Shown: positions 50,941-61,201 of the stretch, piece after piece | Position numbering within the stretch: position 1 is the first letter of the stretch | How the letters are laid out: each line of letters opens with the position of its first letter | Assembly (NCBI GenBank): GCA_963749705.1 | Contig: CAVVNQ010000008.1 | Coordinates: 192,001-256,000 of the forward strand | Length of the DNA stretch: 64,000 bases | Reading direction: 5' to 3' | From: an uncultured Chloroflexia bacterium | GTDB lineage: Bacteria; Chloroflexota; Limnocylindria; Limnocylindrales; CSP1-4 | The notes under the pieces: generated by a model | The model's input: only the letters and a program-made list of their open reading frames with translations | What the model was told of the DNA's origin: nothing | The model's database searches: none | Made by a program: the position numbers and the translations under genes

Positions 50941-52485
50941 GTGACCCAGACGAGAACCCCCGCAACCCCAGTCATCGATAACGAAGCAGAGCTCGCGGCA
51001 GCGGCCGTCGCGCTCGATCCCGAGCTGCTCGAGCTCGAGGCCGAGGTGCTCGACTCCGAGGTCGTGGCGACCAAGCCCGAAGCTGCGGCCACCAAGCCCG
51101 CCGCGGACGAGGAGGCCGAGCCCGAGCCGGTCGCGGCCGAGGTGCTCGACACCGACGACTCGGTGCGCCTGTACCTGCGCGAGATCGGTCGCGTGCCGCT
51201 GCTCACCGCGGAGGAGGAGGTCATCCTCGCCAAGGGCATGGAGCTCGGCGCGCAGATCGACGCGGAGCCATGGAAGGCGATCCTGGCCATCCACGAATGG
51301 ACGCTGCACGGGACCGAGCCGACGGGCCGCCGCAAGGACCGCCGGTACTTCCTGCCCTTCGAGGCCGAGGCGCACCGCATCGTGCAGGCTGCCCTCAGCT
51401 CGGACGACGCGATGGACCTGCTGGTCACGGCACCGTCCTTCGACCTGCCCGACGCGCTCAAGAAGGCCGAGACGGACTCCCTCAGGGAGCGCCTCGTGCG
51501 CGCCCAGGACCTCCGCTCGGTCTACAACGAGCGCCTCGACCCCGAGTCCTTCCTCGACCTCCTCAACTGGATCGAGGGTGAGCTCGGCCGTCCGAACGTC
51601 GAGCTCCGCGCGAGCGCGGCGCTGCATGCCGTGCGCAACTGGTCTCGCGACGAGGTCGCCTACCCGGCGATCCGCCGCTACCTCGAGGCGGGCCTCGACG
51701 AGGACACCGTCGCCGAGATGGTCCTGACCCTCAAGGCGCTCGCGAAGCAGTCGCGCGACCACCTGACGTCGGCCAACCTGCGGCTGGTCGTGTCGATCGC
51801 CCGCAAGTACATCAACCAGGCCGGCATGGGTCTCCTGGACCTCGTCCAGGAGGGCAACGCGGGCCTGATCCGCGCCGTCGACAAGTTCGAGTACGAGCGC
51901 GGGTTCAAGTTCTCGACGTACGCGACGTGGTGGATCCGCCAGGCCATCCAGCGCGGCCTCGCGGACCAGTCGCGGACGATCCGCATCCCGGTGCACATGG
52001 TCGAGACCATGGGCCGGGTCGCGCGGGTGGTGCGCGAGCTCTCGACCCAGCTGGGCCGCGAGCCCACCAACACCGAGATCGCGGCGGCGCTTCCCGACGA
52101 GACGCCGGCGATGACGCCGACCCGCGTCGAGGAGATCCGCAAGCTCGGGCGCGAGCCCGTGTCGCTCCAGTCGCCGGTCGGCGACGAGGGCGATGCCGAG
52201 CTGGGCGAGCTCATCCCCGACGAGGACGCCGTGTCCCCGCTCGATGTCGTGTCCGACCGGATGCGCCGCGAGCAGATCGAGCACGTGCTCAACAGCCTCG
52301 ACGGCCGCGAGCAGCGCGTCCTCCGCCTCCGCTTCGGCCTCGACGACGGGCACGCCCGGACGCTCGAGGAGGTCGGCCGCGAGTTCGGCCTGACCCGCGA
52401 ACGGATCCGCCAGATCGAGGTCCAGGCGCTGCGCAAGCTGCGCCACCCGTCCCGAAGCCGCAAGCTGCGCGAGTTCGCCGCGTAG
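50941..52485 (+). CDS. RpoD/SigA-like sigma-70 factor
   Basis: [50 protein letters not shown] and TRERIRQIE. Confidence 0.95.
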   Translation: MTQTRTPATPVIDNEAELAAAAVALDPELLELEAEVLDSEVVATKPEAAATKPAADEEAEPEPVAAEVLDTDDSVRLYLREIGRVPLLTAEEEVILAKGMELGAQIDAEPWKAILAIHEWTLHGTEPTGRRKDRRYFLPFEAEAHRIVQAALSSDDAMDLLVTAPSFDLPDALKKAETDSLRERLVRAQDLRSVYNERLDPESFLDLLNWIEGELGRPNVELRASAALHAVRNWSRDEVAYPAIRRYLEAGLDEDTVAEMVLTLKALAKQSRDHLTSANLRLVVSIARKYINQAGMGLLDLVQEGNAGLIRAVDKFEYERGFKFSTYATWWIRQAIQRGLADQSRTIRIPVHMVETMGRVARVVRELSTQLGREPTNTEIAAALPDETPAMTPTRVEEIRKLGREPVSLQSPVGDEGDAELGELIPDEDAVSPLDVVSDRMRREQIEHVLNSLDGREQRVLRLRFGLDDGHARTLEEVGREFGLTRERIRQIEVQALRKLRHPSRSRKLREFAA

Positions 52486-52647
52486 CGACTCCGCGTCGGC
52501 CAACCACATATGGCGTCACCCCGAACCCGCTGCGTCGCACGCCGACGTGGCGGGTTCGCGCGTTGAGGGTGCGGGTCCGCCGTTGGGCGGCGGGGCGTAT
52601 CCCGCAGGCACGCAGACCGGCCGGGTCCGATGCGCCTCCCGCAGAGG

Positions 52648-53244
52648 CTACTCGCGGGCGCGCACTCCGAGCTCCCGCCCGACCCGCATCCAGATCAGGA
52701 CACCTGCGACGAGGAGGGTTGCTCCGACGACGTACCCCGAGTAGTGGAATGACGCGGTCCGACCTGCGGCAACGGCGATGGCGAACGGCCCCAGCCCGGC
52801 GATCACCGCGACCGCGGCATAGATCCGGGTCCGGTGCATCCAGACATAGGGCAGGAAGTGCCCGCCGTTGGTGGCGGCAAACGTGGCCGGGACGAGCAGC
52901 GGTTCGAGGTTGTACACGATGATCGAGGCCGGCAGCGCGATGGCCTGGACCATCGCCACCTGGACCACGAGGGGCGTGAAGGGGTTCGTGCTCGTCAGTC
53001 GTCGATAACCGAGGGCGTTCTCGAGCAGGAGCGAGCCGGGGAATGCCACGACTCCCTGGAACAGGAACACGAGCGCCGCGCCGGTGACCGACAGCACCTG
53101 GCTGAGGATCGCGGCCGCGATCCAGGTCAGCCCGTGGACGATGAGGAAGGCAAAGCCACCGCGGTTCGAGAATCGGATCTCGTCGCGCGCCTCATCGAGG
53201 GTCCGCGGACTCCCGCTGGGCAGTCGGTTCGTCGCTGCGGTCAT
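52648..53244 (-). CDS. Multi-pass membrane hypothetical protein
   Basis: About six TM segments and a GGHFLPY motif. GGAGG RBS. Confidence 0.75.
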   Translation of the reverse strand: MTAATNRLPSGSPRTLDEARDEIRFSNRGGFAFLIVHGLTWIAAAILSQVLSVTGAALVFLFQGVVAFPGSLLLENALGYRRLTSTNPFTPLVVQVAMVQAIALPASIIVYNLEPLLVPATFAATNGGHFLPYVWMHRTRIYAAVAVIAGLGPFAIAVAAGRTASFHYSGYVVGATLLVAGVLIWMRVGRELGVRARE

Positions 53245-53427
53245 CGCATCCTCCCATCCTCGCGGGCTCCCCGGCGCGGCCCACGGCGGTTGCAGGGATG
53301 GTGTCCGGGGCGGCCCTGTCCTGCTGGGTCAGGACCAACGCGCAGCGGCCGACACGGCGAACGACCATGCGACGCCGGGCCATCCTACCAATCGGCCGCC
53401 AACGCGACCACGCGAACGCCGCGTGGT

Positions 53428-55515
53428 CTACCCGGACACGGCGTCCGCGCAGTCGTAGACCGAGCTCGCGGAGCCGTCGATCGTGACCGCGGTGCAAGCG
53501 GACGCGACCCAGCTCGAGATGGTCGACGATGAGGCACCGCCGGGCGCTCCCCCACCACCGCCGACGGCGACGAACCGAAGCTCGCCGTTGGCGATCAGGG
53601 ACTGGAGCTGCTCCAGCGTCGGGGCGTCGTCGGCGCCATTGAAGCCGCCCATCGCCATCACCGGCCTGCCGGTTTCGATCTCGACCTGACCGGCCCAGGT
53701 CCCGCCCGAGACCGCGACGATCCAGGTGGCGGACCCCTGATTGGCGACCAGGTAGTCGATGACGCCGCTGCTCAGCCCGACGACCGGTCCTGCGGCCGCA
53801 CCGCCCGTACCGCCCGCTCCGCCCGCTCCGAAGGCGATCCCACCCTGCGCATCCCGGACGGAACCCGGCGGCGTGCCCCGCGTTCCGTCGATTGCCGCCG
53901 GCGGCTGGCCGGGCGTCCCGTTCGCGAGCGGTCCGCCGAGGCCGGCCGGCGCTCCGGCGCCGCCGAGACCCCGATCGGTGCCGGCGGCCTGCGGTCCCGC
54001 CGAAGGATCGCCACCGGAATAGGCGGTGGCCATCGTGTCGACGGCGTAGGCGGCCGGCCCGGCGAGGAGGACCGCCACGCCCAGGACGGCTGCCGCCAGC
54101 TGGACGCGTGCGCGGCCGGATCGAGGCCGCAGTGCGAGCGCCGGCAGCACGATCGCCGCGACGGCAACCACCGCCAGCCCGAGCCCCGGTGCGAACGACG
54201 GGGTCCGGTCGAGCAGCATCCACGCGATGACGGCCGACCCGAGGATCGACAGGCCGAGCACGGCGCCGGCCCAGGCGAACCGCGCGCGAGCGCGCCACAG
54301 CTCGACCACGCCGCCGCCCACGAGGGCCCCGACCGCCGGCGCCATGACCACGACGTAGTAGCTGTGGATGATCCCGGACATGAAGCTGAACACGACGATG
54401 TGGACGAGCAGCCACAGGCCCCACATCAGCCACGCGGCGCGAGCCAGGTCGGTTCGCGGGCCGCGGATCCGCGCGATGAGCCCGCTCACCAGTCCCACCA
54501 GGGACAGCGGCAGGAGCCACGCGATCTGCCCGCCGAGCTCGGCGTTGAACAGCCGCAGGATGCCGGGCGTGCCCGAGAACCCGCCACCAGCCGCTCCGGC
54601 TCCACCACCCGGCGGACCGCCTCCCCCGGCGACGGCCGCGCCGCCACCACCCTGGCCGAAGATCCGGCCCAGGCCGTCGTAGCCGAGCACCAGGTCGAGC
54701 GCGGAGTTGTCGGTGCTGCCGCCGATGTAGGGCCGCGATGCCGCGGGGATCAGCTCGATCGCGGCCACCCACCAGGCGCTGCTCGCGATCACGGCCACGG
54801 CCGCGACGGTGAGGCCGGCGACCCGACGGCGGATCGATCCCGGAGCCGCGATCGCCCACGTGATCGCGAACGCCGGCAGGACGAGGTAGCCCTGGAGCAG
54901 CTTTGTCTCGAACGCGAGCCCGATCAGGACGCCGGCCAGCGCGACCCACCGCAGCCGGTCGGTCTCGAGCGCCCGGATGAACGCGTATGCGGCGCCCACG
55001 AACAGGAGCGTCAGCAGCGCGTCCGGGTTGTTGTAGCGGAAGATCAGGACCGCGGCCGGGGTGAGCGCCATCACCAGCCCCGCGATGATCGAGGCGGCCG
55101 CGCCGAACGTGCGGCGAACGGTGGCCATCAGCAGGGCCACGGTCGCGACGCCCATCAGCGCCTCGGGCAGCAGGATCGATGCCGGGCTCAGCCCGAACAG
55201 CCGCACGGACAAGCCCATGACCATCGTCGCCAGCGGCGGCTTGTCAAGGGTGATGAAGTTGGCGGGGTCGATGGAGCCGAAGAACCACGCCGACCAGCTC
55301 TGCGAGGCCGCCCACGCGGCCCCCGAGTAGTAGACGTTGGCGTAGCCGCTCACGGTCAGGTTGACGACGTACAGCAGCGTCGCGGCCAGCAGCACGCCGG
55401 CGGTCGCCGGGAGCACCCACGCGGCATCCCGGGAACGGCTGCGTGCGATGTCGCGAACGGTGGCCAGGCGGCCTGCCGGGCGGGGTTCGACCCTGGGCGG
55501 TGCGATCGAGGTCAT
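53428..55515 (-). CDS. GT-C fold (ArnT/PMT-like, GT39/83) glycosyltransferase
   Basis: ANVYYS, TLDKPPL, RYNNPD, PYIGGS, GYDGLGR, HSYY and PVMAMGGF, with Gly-rich loops. Confidence 0.9.
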   Translation of the reverse strand: MTSIAPPRVEPRPAGRLATVRDIARSRSRDAAWVLPATAGVLLAATLLYVVNLTVSGYANVYYSGAAWAASQSWSAWFFGSIDPANFITLDKPPLATMVMGLSVRLFGLSPASILLPEALMGVATVALLMATVRRTFGAAASIIAGLVMALTPAAVLIFRYNNPDALLTLLFVGAAYAFIRALETDRLRWVALAGVLIGLAFETKLLQGYLVLPAFAITWAIAAPGSIRRRVAGLTVAAVAVIASSAWWVAAIELIPAASRPYIGGSTDNSALDLVLGYDGLGRIFGQGGGGAAVAGGGGPPGGGAGAAGGGFSGTPGILRLFNAELGGQIAWLLPLSLVGLVSGLIARIRGPRTDLARAAWLMWGLWLLVHIVVFSFMSGIIHSYYVVVMAPAVGALVGGGVVELWRARARFAWAGAVLGLSILGSAVIAWMLLDRTPSFAPGLGLAVVAVAAIVLPALALRPRSGRARVQLAAAVLGVAVLLAGPAAYAVDTMATAYSGGDPSAGPQAAGTDRGLGGAGAPAGLGGPLANGTPGQPPAAIDGTRGTPPGSVRDAQGGIAFGAGGAGGTGGAAAGPVVGLSSGVIDYLVANQGSATWIVAVSGGTWAGQVEIETGRPVMAMGGFNGADDAPTLEQLQSLIANGELRFVAVGGGGGAPGGASSSTISSWVASACTAVTIDGSASSVYDCADAVSG

Positions 55516-55538
55516 GGCCGGCTCCGGGATGGCGGTCG

Positions 55539-55862
55539 TCAGGAGCCGCCGGTGGACACGTGCCCCGATCCGCGCGTACGGGTCGGCGCCTGGAAGCCGT
55601 TGTTGCCCTGGAACGGCTGGAACCCGTCGTTCTGCTGGTCGTCGAAGGGCACCACCTCCTGCCGGGGCGCGACGGTCGTGCCCCGGCCACTGGTGGAGCT
55701 CCCGGCCGGCTGCTGATCCGAGGCGCCGCGGTACCCGCCGGCGGCGGCGAAGCCGAACCCCACGGTGGCGGCGATCCCGGTGACGGCGATCCCGGTGGTG
55801 AGCGTCCGGAGTCGGGTCAGCGCGTCGTACCGACGGCGCGCGGAATGTCGAAAGGCGTCCAT
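55539..55862 (-). CDS. Small anchored protein ending in HVSTGGS (copy 2)
   Basis: Arg-rich N-terminus, one hydrophobic helix, a flexible linker and C-terminal GHVSTGGS*. Confidence 0.75.
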   Translation of the reverse strand: MDAFRHSARRRYDALTRLRTLTTGIAVTGIAATVGFGFAAAGGYRGASDQQPAGSSTSGRGTTVAPRQEVVPFDDQQNDGFQPFQGNNGFQAPTRTRGSGHVSTGGS

Positions 55863-55885
55863 GCCCCCAAGTCTCGGGCGTGGAT

Positions 55886-55903
55886 CCTTTCGGTCCGGTT
55901 ACG
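55886..55903 (-). promoter_or_regulatory. OmpR-type box, copy A
   Basis: CGTAACCGGACCGAAAGG on the minus strand, 23 nt upstream of ATG 55862. Identical to 60109-60126. Confidence 0.65.
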
Positions 55904-55992
55904 GTCGTCGCCGGACGAGGCGCTCCCGCAGCCTGTCGGGACGGCGCAGGCGAAGGGTTGCACGGGATGCACGGGATGATCCCGCTTCGCCA

Positions 55993-57234
55993 TCAGCCGA
56001 ACGAGGCGCGGCTCCAGCTCACGGCGAACCGCGCGCCGCCGGTGGGTGACGACTCGACCGACCACCGACCGCCGGTCGCCCGCACGATCGCATCGCCGAT
56101 CGCCAGGCCCAGGCCCGCGCCGTCGGCACCCGTCGCGGTCGCCAGCGCACGATGGAACCGGTCGAACACCCGCTGGCGATCCTCGGGCGGGATGCCGGGC
56201 CCCGAATCATCGACCGTGAGCATCGCCCGCGCGCCATCGAGCGCGACCGTGACATCGACGCGACCGCCCTCCGGCGCGTACTTGCACGCATTGTCGAGGA
56301 GCACGCCGACGAGGCGGTCGATCAGGTCGGGCGCGGCCGCGATGACGGCGCCTGCCGGCGGCACGTGGACGCCCAGCTCGAGCCGGCGCGCCTCGGCCAC
56401 CGCGGCGAAGCGGTCCGTGGCCTGGGTTGCGATCACGCCCAGGTCGACGGGCTCCGAGGCCGGCGTCGCGTGCTCGGCATCGAACCTGGCCAGCCACAGC
56501 ATGTCCTCGAGCAGCCGGCGCATCCGCTTGGACTCGCGGTCCACGCGCGTGAACGCCGTCTGGTACCAGGCCGCGTCACGTGGCTGTGTCAGCGCGAGCG
56601 ACGTGTGCGCCTCGATCACCGACAGCGGCGTCCGGAGCTCGTGCGAGGCGTCGGCGGTGAACTCCAGCTGGCGCCGGCGGGCCGCCTCGATCGGCTCGGC
56701 GACGCGGCGCCCGATGAGCACCGCGCCCAGGAACACGGCGGCGAACAGCAGCGGCGCGATCAGCAGCTCGCCCAGGATGATCGTCCGCTGGGCATCGGAC
56801 ACGAGGTCCATCGCCTGCGCCACCACCACGTAGTCGTCGCCGATCGAGGCACCGGCGACGCGGACCTGGGTCCCGTCGATCGTCGCCGTGGTCGGGCCCA
56901 CGACCGCTCGGAGGTCCGTCGGGAGGTCGGGCGTCGAGGCGCTGGCGAGCACCGTCCCGTTCGATTCGACGGTCCAGACGAGCAGCGGCACCCCGAGCGG
57001 GCGCCCGGGGTCGCGGCCCGGATCGTACGGCGAGTCCGGCGGGCGGTTGGCGTCCGGAGGCAGGCGCCGGAAGGACTCCGTGAGCCGCTGGTCGATCTGG
57101 GATGTCAGGTCGCGCGTGGCGAACGCGACCACGCCGGCCGCGACGACCAGGTACGCGACGGCAACGATCGCGGTGGCGCTGAGCGCGACCCGGATCGACT
57201 GACGGCGGACTGCCGGCACGTGCGACATCGTCAT
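55993..57234 (-). CDS. Sensor histidine kinase
   Basis: Two TM segments, ADASHELRTPL, DNACKY, DSGPGI and GAGLGL. Confidence 0.95.
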   Translation of the reverse strand: MTMSHVPAVRRQSIRVALSATAIVAVAYLVVAAGVVAFATRDLTSQIDQRLTESFRRLPPDANRPPDSPYDPGRDPGRPLGVPLLVWTVESNGTVLASASTPDLPTDLRAVVGPTTATIDGTQVRVAGASIGDDYVVVAQAMDLVSDAQRTIILGELLIAPLLFAAVFLGAVLIGRRVAEPIEAARRRQLEFTADASHELRTPLSVIEAHTSLALTQPRDAAWYQTAFTRVDRESKRMRRLLEDMLWLARFDAEHATPASEPVDLGVIATQATDRFAAVAEARRLELGVHVPPAGAVIAAAPDLIDRLVGVLLDNACKYAPEGGRVDVTVALDGARAMLTVDDSGPGIPPEDRQRVFDRFHRALATATGADGAGLGLAIGDAIVRATGGRWSVESSPTGGARFAVSWSRASFG

Positions 57235-57899
57235 CCGGCGTCCAGCCGGTACCCCGCCCCGCGCACGGTCACGATTCGCAGCCCCGCGTCCGACAGCTTG
57301 GCGCGCAGCCGGCTCATCTGGACGTCGATCGCGTTGGACCCGAGCGGCTCGGTCTCGTCGGCCCAGGCGTGCTCGGCGATCGCCTTGCGATCGACGACGG
57401 CGGGCGCACGCCGCAGCAGGAGCTCGAGGATCCGGTATTCGGTGCTGGTCAGGGCTCGCTCCCGGCCATCCACGGTCACGACGCGGGTGACGGGATCGAG
57501 GCTCAGGCGGCCGGCCCCGAGGACGGGTGCATCGACCCCGCGCGGCCGTCGCTGGAGGGCGCGGACGCGCGCCAGCAGCTCCCCGAAGTCGAAGGGCTTG
57601 ACGAGGTAGTCGTCGGCGCCGGTGTCGAGGCCACGGATCCGGTCTGCCGGCGTGTCCCGGGCGGTGAGCATGATGATCGCGGTCGGGCGCTGCTTCCGCC
57701 GGGCCCAGGCAACGACATCGATGCCCTCGGCACCGGGCATCCGCCAGTCGACGACCGCGACGTCGTAGTCGTACCAGCCCAGGTAGTCGATCGCGTCATC
57801 GCCGCGTCCGACCGCGTCCACGTGGTATCCGGCGTCGGACAGGCCGAGCACGAGCACATCGCGCAGCCCCTCGTCGTCCTCCGCCACCAGCACGCGCAC
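57231..57899 (-). CDS. OmpR/PhoB-family response regulator
   Basis: VAEDD, VDWRMP, LTARD, GADDYLVKPF and TVRGAGY. Confidence 0.95.
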   Translation of the reverse strand: MRVLVAEDDEGLRDVLVLGLSDAGYHVDAVGRGDDAIDYLGWYDYDVAVVDWRMPGAEGIDVVAWARRKQRPTAIIMLTARDTPADRIRGLDTGADDYLVKPFDFGELLARVRALQRRPRGVDAPVLGAGRLSLDPVTRVVTVDGRERALTSTEYRILELLLRRAPAVVDRKAIAEHAWADETEPLGSNAIDVQMSRLRAKLSDAGLRIVTVRGAGYRLDAG

Positions 57900-57924
57900 C
57901 CGATCACCCTCCCAGCCTTCGTGC

Positions 57925-58194
57925 CTACCCGCCGCCTGCCGGGCCTCGGCCGGCGCGTGCAATGGTGGCACGGGCGGGGGCGACGAGACGGAGCGCCAGG
58001 ACGGGGCAGGTATCGACCGCCATCCGGGCATGCTCCATGAGGCTGGGTGGAACCGGGCCCGGACGCAGGATCGGATAGCCCCATTCGTCGAGCGCGATCA
58101 TCTCCGGGAGCAGCTCGGCACACGAGCCGTAGCCGTCGCACGCGATCCGGTCGACGGCGAGGGCGGGTTGGTCGGACGCGGCGAGCGTCGTCAC
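57925..58194 (-). CDS. Single-cluster ferredoxin
   Basis: CDGYGSC...CPVLAL. GTGA overlap with the upstream gene. Confidence 0.85.
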   Translation of the reverse strand: MTTLAASDQPALAVDRIACDGYGSCAELLPEMIALDEWGYPILRPGPVPPSLMEHARMAVDTCPVLALRLVAPARATIARAGRGPAGGG

Positions 58195-59432
58195 GCCGCC
58201 CTCCACGCCTGTCGACCGGCCACGCAGCCACGGCCGCGCTGGTGCGACGTGAAGTCCGTCTCGAACACGCGCAGCGCGCTCCGGAGCAGCCCGACCGCAC
58301 CGTCCGGGTGACGGCACGCGCCTCGCCCGGCGAGGGTGTCGGTCCAGCCGGCAAGCCGGCGCAGGTCATCGCCGTGGGGGCGTCCGGTGGCCAGCCGCGC
58401 CGTCGCGTCGGCGATCGCCCGGAGGCCGAACACGCACGGTCCGCACTGGGCCGCGCTCTCGCCCGCCATGTAGTCGAGGATCCGGGCTGACGCGCGCACC
58501 CCGCAATCGTCGTCGCCGAGGAACCACACGATGCCGCAGCCGAACGAGGCGCCGGTCGCGCGAAGCTCCGGCGGGTCGAGCGGCATCTGCCACGCGTCGC
58601 TGCCCGCCACCCAGCCGCCGAAGTACCCGCCCTGCAGGACCGGACCGCCGGTCAGCTGAAAGCCGGCGCGTCGGGCGACCTCCGCGAGCGTGGTCCCGAT
58701 CTCGATCTCGGTGACGCCGGGCAGCGGTGCGCCGCCGATCGTCACCAGCGCCGTGCCCCGGGTCCGGCCGCGACCGGCCTCGCGATACCAGCCGTCGCCG
58801 AACCGGGCGATCAGCGCGGCGTGGGCCAGGCTCTCGACGTTCTGGACGAGCGTCGGCAGCCCGTCGATCCCGCGCTCGAACGGTCGCGGGGGCGTCGTGG
58901 TGGGTCGGGCGTCGCCCTCGTTGATGAAGTGGACGGCCGCCGACTCCTCGCCCGAGATGTAGGTCGGGGGCGCCGCGACGAGCTCGATCGGGAGGCGTGA
59001 GCGGATCCGCGAGACGTCCGCCATGCGCTCGTCGAGCGCGCGGCGCAGCGCCTTGCGCGCCGCGACGTGCTCCGACCCGACGTACAGCACGACCCGGTCG
59101 GCCCCGACGACGCGGGCCGCGAGCTCGGCGCCATCGAGCACGAGGTGCGGCCGGGTGCTCATCAGGAGACGATCCTTGGAGCTCAGCGGCTCACCCTCGG
59201 CGCCGTTGGCCAGGACGACCGCGCCGCCGGTGGCTCGATCGCGCACCGAGCCCCACTTGCGCGCCACCGGGAAGCCGGCACCGCCGCGACCGAGCAGGCC
59301 GGCCGCATCGAGCATGGCCACGGCATCGAGCCCGTCCTCGGGTCCCGGCAGGCGGCCGAGGCGCAGCGTGTGGTCCGCGAGCGACTCGGGACCGGCGGCC
59401 AGCGGCGGCCCGGCGAGCAGTCGGGCGGTCAT
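58191..59432 (-). CDS. Stand-alone NuoF-like NADH-binding FMN/Fe-S protein
   Basis: GLLGRGGAGFP, NGAEGEP...KD, YISGEESA, QNVESLA, ESAAQCGPC..G and GACRHPDG. Confidence 0.9.
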   Translation of the reverse strand: MTARLLAGPPLAAGPESLADHTLRLGRLPGPEDGLDAVAMLDAAGLLGRGGAGFPVARKWGSVRDRATGGAVVLANGAEGEPLSSKDRLLMSTRPHLVLDGAELAARVVGADRVVLYVGSEHVAARKALRRALDERMADVSRIRSRLPIELVAAPPTYISGEESAAVHFINEGDARPTTTPPRPFERGIDGLPTLVQNVESLAHAALIARFGDGWYREAGRGRTRGTALVTIGGAPLPGVTEIEIGTTLAEVARRAGFQLTGGPVLQGGYFGGWVAGSDAWQMPLDPPELRATGASFGCGIVWFLGDDDCGVRASARILDYMAGESAAQCGPCVFGLRAIADATARLATGRPHGDDLRRLAGWTDTLAGRGACRHPDGAVGLLRSALRVFETDFTSHQRGRGCVAGRQAWRAA

Positions 59433-60022
59433 CGGGCGCTCCGGTTCGAGGTCGACTGCCACGACGAGCTCGCGACCACGTCGGCCAGGCGGGCGCGGGG
59501 CGGCTCGATGGCCACCCGCCAGGCGAGGCTGCCCGCGACCGCCGCGAGGCAGGCCAGGTCGATCGCCAGCATCCACGGCGCCGATGCGTCGCTGCCCGCG
59601 GTGAACCCGTGGAGCAGGGCGAGCGGCCACATCGCGTAGCTGGTCCAGTGGATCGCCCGCCACGTCCCCTGGCCGATGTGCTTGCGCAGCAGGCTGGTGA
59701 CGATCAGGGCGACGAACAGGTACATCGCGATGACCCCGAGGGCCACCGGGACCGGCCGGTACGTCGACGCGAGCGGGACCAGCGCCGCACCGATGCCGAG
59801 GCTCGTGAACGGGTCGAACACCGCCGTGAGGATGTGAACCGCGAGGAACACGATCGACAGCAGCGACACCCGCCGGTGCATCTCGTAGTTGAAGAACCGC
59901 GGCCAGCCGGCGGCCTGGAACCGGACGACGGTCACGAGGCCCAGGCAGGTCGCCGCCGTGAACATCAGCAGCGACACGGCGCCGGCGCCTCGCGTCGCGA
60001 ACCACAGGACCTGGTCGAACAT
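59429..60022 (-). CDS. Ferric-reductase-like (MsrQ-like) transmembrane cytochrome b
   Basis: About five TM segments with His pairs HRR...VH and WRAIH...LH. Confidence 0.85.
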   Translation of the reverse strand: MFDQVLWFATRGAGAVSLLMFTAATCLGLVTVVRFQAAGWPRFFNYEMHRRVSLLSIVFLAVHILTAVFDPFTSLGIGAALVPLASTYRPVPVALGVIAMYLFVALIVTSLLRKHIGQGTWRAIHWTSYAMWPLALLHGFTAGSDASAPWMLAIDLACLAAVAGSLAWRVAIEPPRARLADVVASSSWQSTSNRSAR

Positions 60023-60108
60023 CTGGCTATCGCTCCGGGGAGGGGCGCGGGACCGGGGGGGTCGGTCCCGCGCCGGGAAAGATCACGCGAACAGTGTCCC
60101 GGCCGGCA

Positions 60109-60126
60109 CCTTTCGGTCCGGTTACG
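60109..60126 (-). promoter_or_regulatory. OmpR-type box, copy B
   Basis: CGTAACCGGACCGAAAGG overlapping the apbE TAA stop. Confidence 0.65.
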
Positions 60127-61201
60127 ACGCGGGCGAGCCCTCACGATCCGCCGAAATCGTCGTCGCCTCGCCGTCCGTGGCGGTTGGCGCCGGCACGCCA
60201 TCCAGATCCGGTGCCGGCCAGCCGCCGAGGCGGACCACCCGCCCATCGTTGCCGACCAGCCGTGCCGGGAGGCCGGCGGCGTCCAGCCATCCCGGCGCGT
60301 CATGGCCCAGCACGATCGCGGCGGTCGAAGCGCCATTGGCCAGCTCGCACGTCGTCGCGACCACGGTGGCGGTCCGCCACGGGGTGACCGCGGCGAGGCC
60401 CGTCCGTGGGTCGACGATGTGGTGGACGGTCACGCCATCTGCCGACGTCCAGTGCCGGACCGTCGTGCTCGAGGTGGCGATGGCGCCGCCCTGGATCGCG
60501 ACGACCTCACCGTCGCCGTCCGACGGGGCACGGCTGTCCTCGGCCACGAGGACCCGCCAGCCACTTTCGGGTGCCCTGCCCGCGGCCGTCATATCGCCGC
60601 CGAGGCTGACCAGGACGCCGGCATCGGGACCGACAACCTGCAGCGCGGCGTCTGCAGCCAGGTCGGCGGCCAGGCCCTTGCCCGTGGCACCGAGATCGAG
60701 CTCCACGCCGCCGGGCACGCGCAGCTCCCTGGACCGCCGATCGAACGAGATCGCGGACCAGCCCGGGACGGGCGCGACGCGCAGCTCGAGCGAGCGGCTG
60801 GAGCCGGCGAGCTGGTCGAAGTCGAGGTCGTAGCCGATGACCCGCATCGCCCGGCCGACCGTGGGGTCGACCGCGCCGTTCGAGCGGCGGGCGGCCTCGA
60901 TCGCGCCGGCCAGCGCGCGCGCCAGCAGCGGGCTCACCCGGATCGTGCGGCCGGCGGCGGCGTTTGCCGCCATCAGCTCACTGTCAGCGCGGAACCGGCT
61001 GTACGCGCGATCGACGTCGCCCAGCACCTGCTCGACCGCCACCTGCGCCGCGGCGAGGTCGCCGTCGAGCACCAGCAGGCGGACGCCCGTGCCCAGCGCC
61101 CGCCAGTCTGCCTGTTCGATCACGCCCGGGTCGCGTCGGTCGGCCGAATGGATCGTCGCGCCGCCGCTCACGAGGTGGCGCGTGGGCCCCGCCGCGCTCA
61201 T
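60122..61201 (-). CDS. apbE: FAD:protein FMN transferase
   Basis: ALGT, SRFRADSEL, VDPTVG, DLGATGKG, SLGGD, ATS and HHIVDPRTG. Confidence 0.92.
   Translation of the reverse strand: MSAAGPTRHLVSGGATIHSADRRDPGVIEQADWRALGTGVRLLVLDGDLAAAQVAVEQVLGDVDRAYSRFRADSELMAANAAAGRTIRVSPLLARALAGAIEAARRSNGAVDPTVGRAMRVIGYDLDFDQLAGSSRSLELRVAPVPGWSAISFDRRSRELRVPGGVELDLGATGKGLAADLAADAALQVVGPDAGVLVSLGGDMTAAGRAPESGWRVLVAEDSRAPSDGDGEVVAIQGGAIATSSTTVRHWTSADGVTVHHIVDPRTGLAAVTPWRTATVVATTCELANGASTAAIVLGHDAPGWLDAAGLPARLVGNDGRVVRLGGWPAPDLDGVPAPTATDGEATTISADREGSPAS

Noticed and set aside
58191-59432. Part of a complex I (nuo) operon
   Set aside because: No other nuo subunits in the window; the context is ApbE, cytochrome b and ferredoxin.
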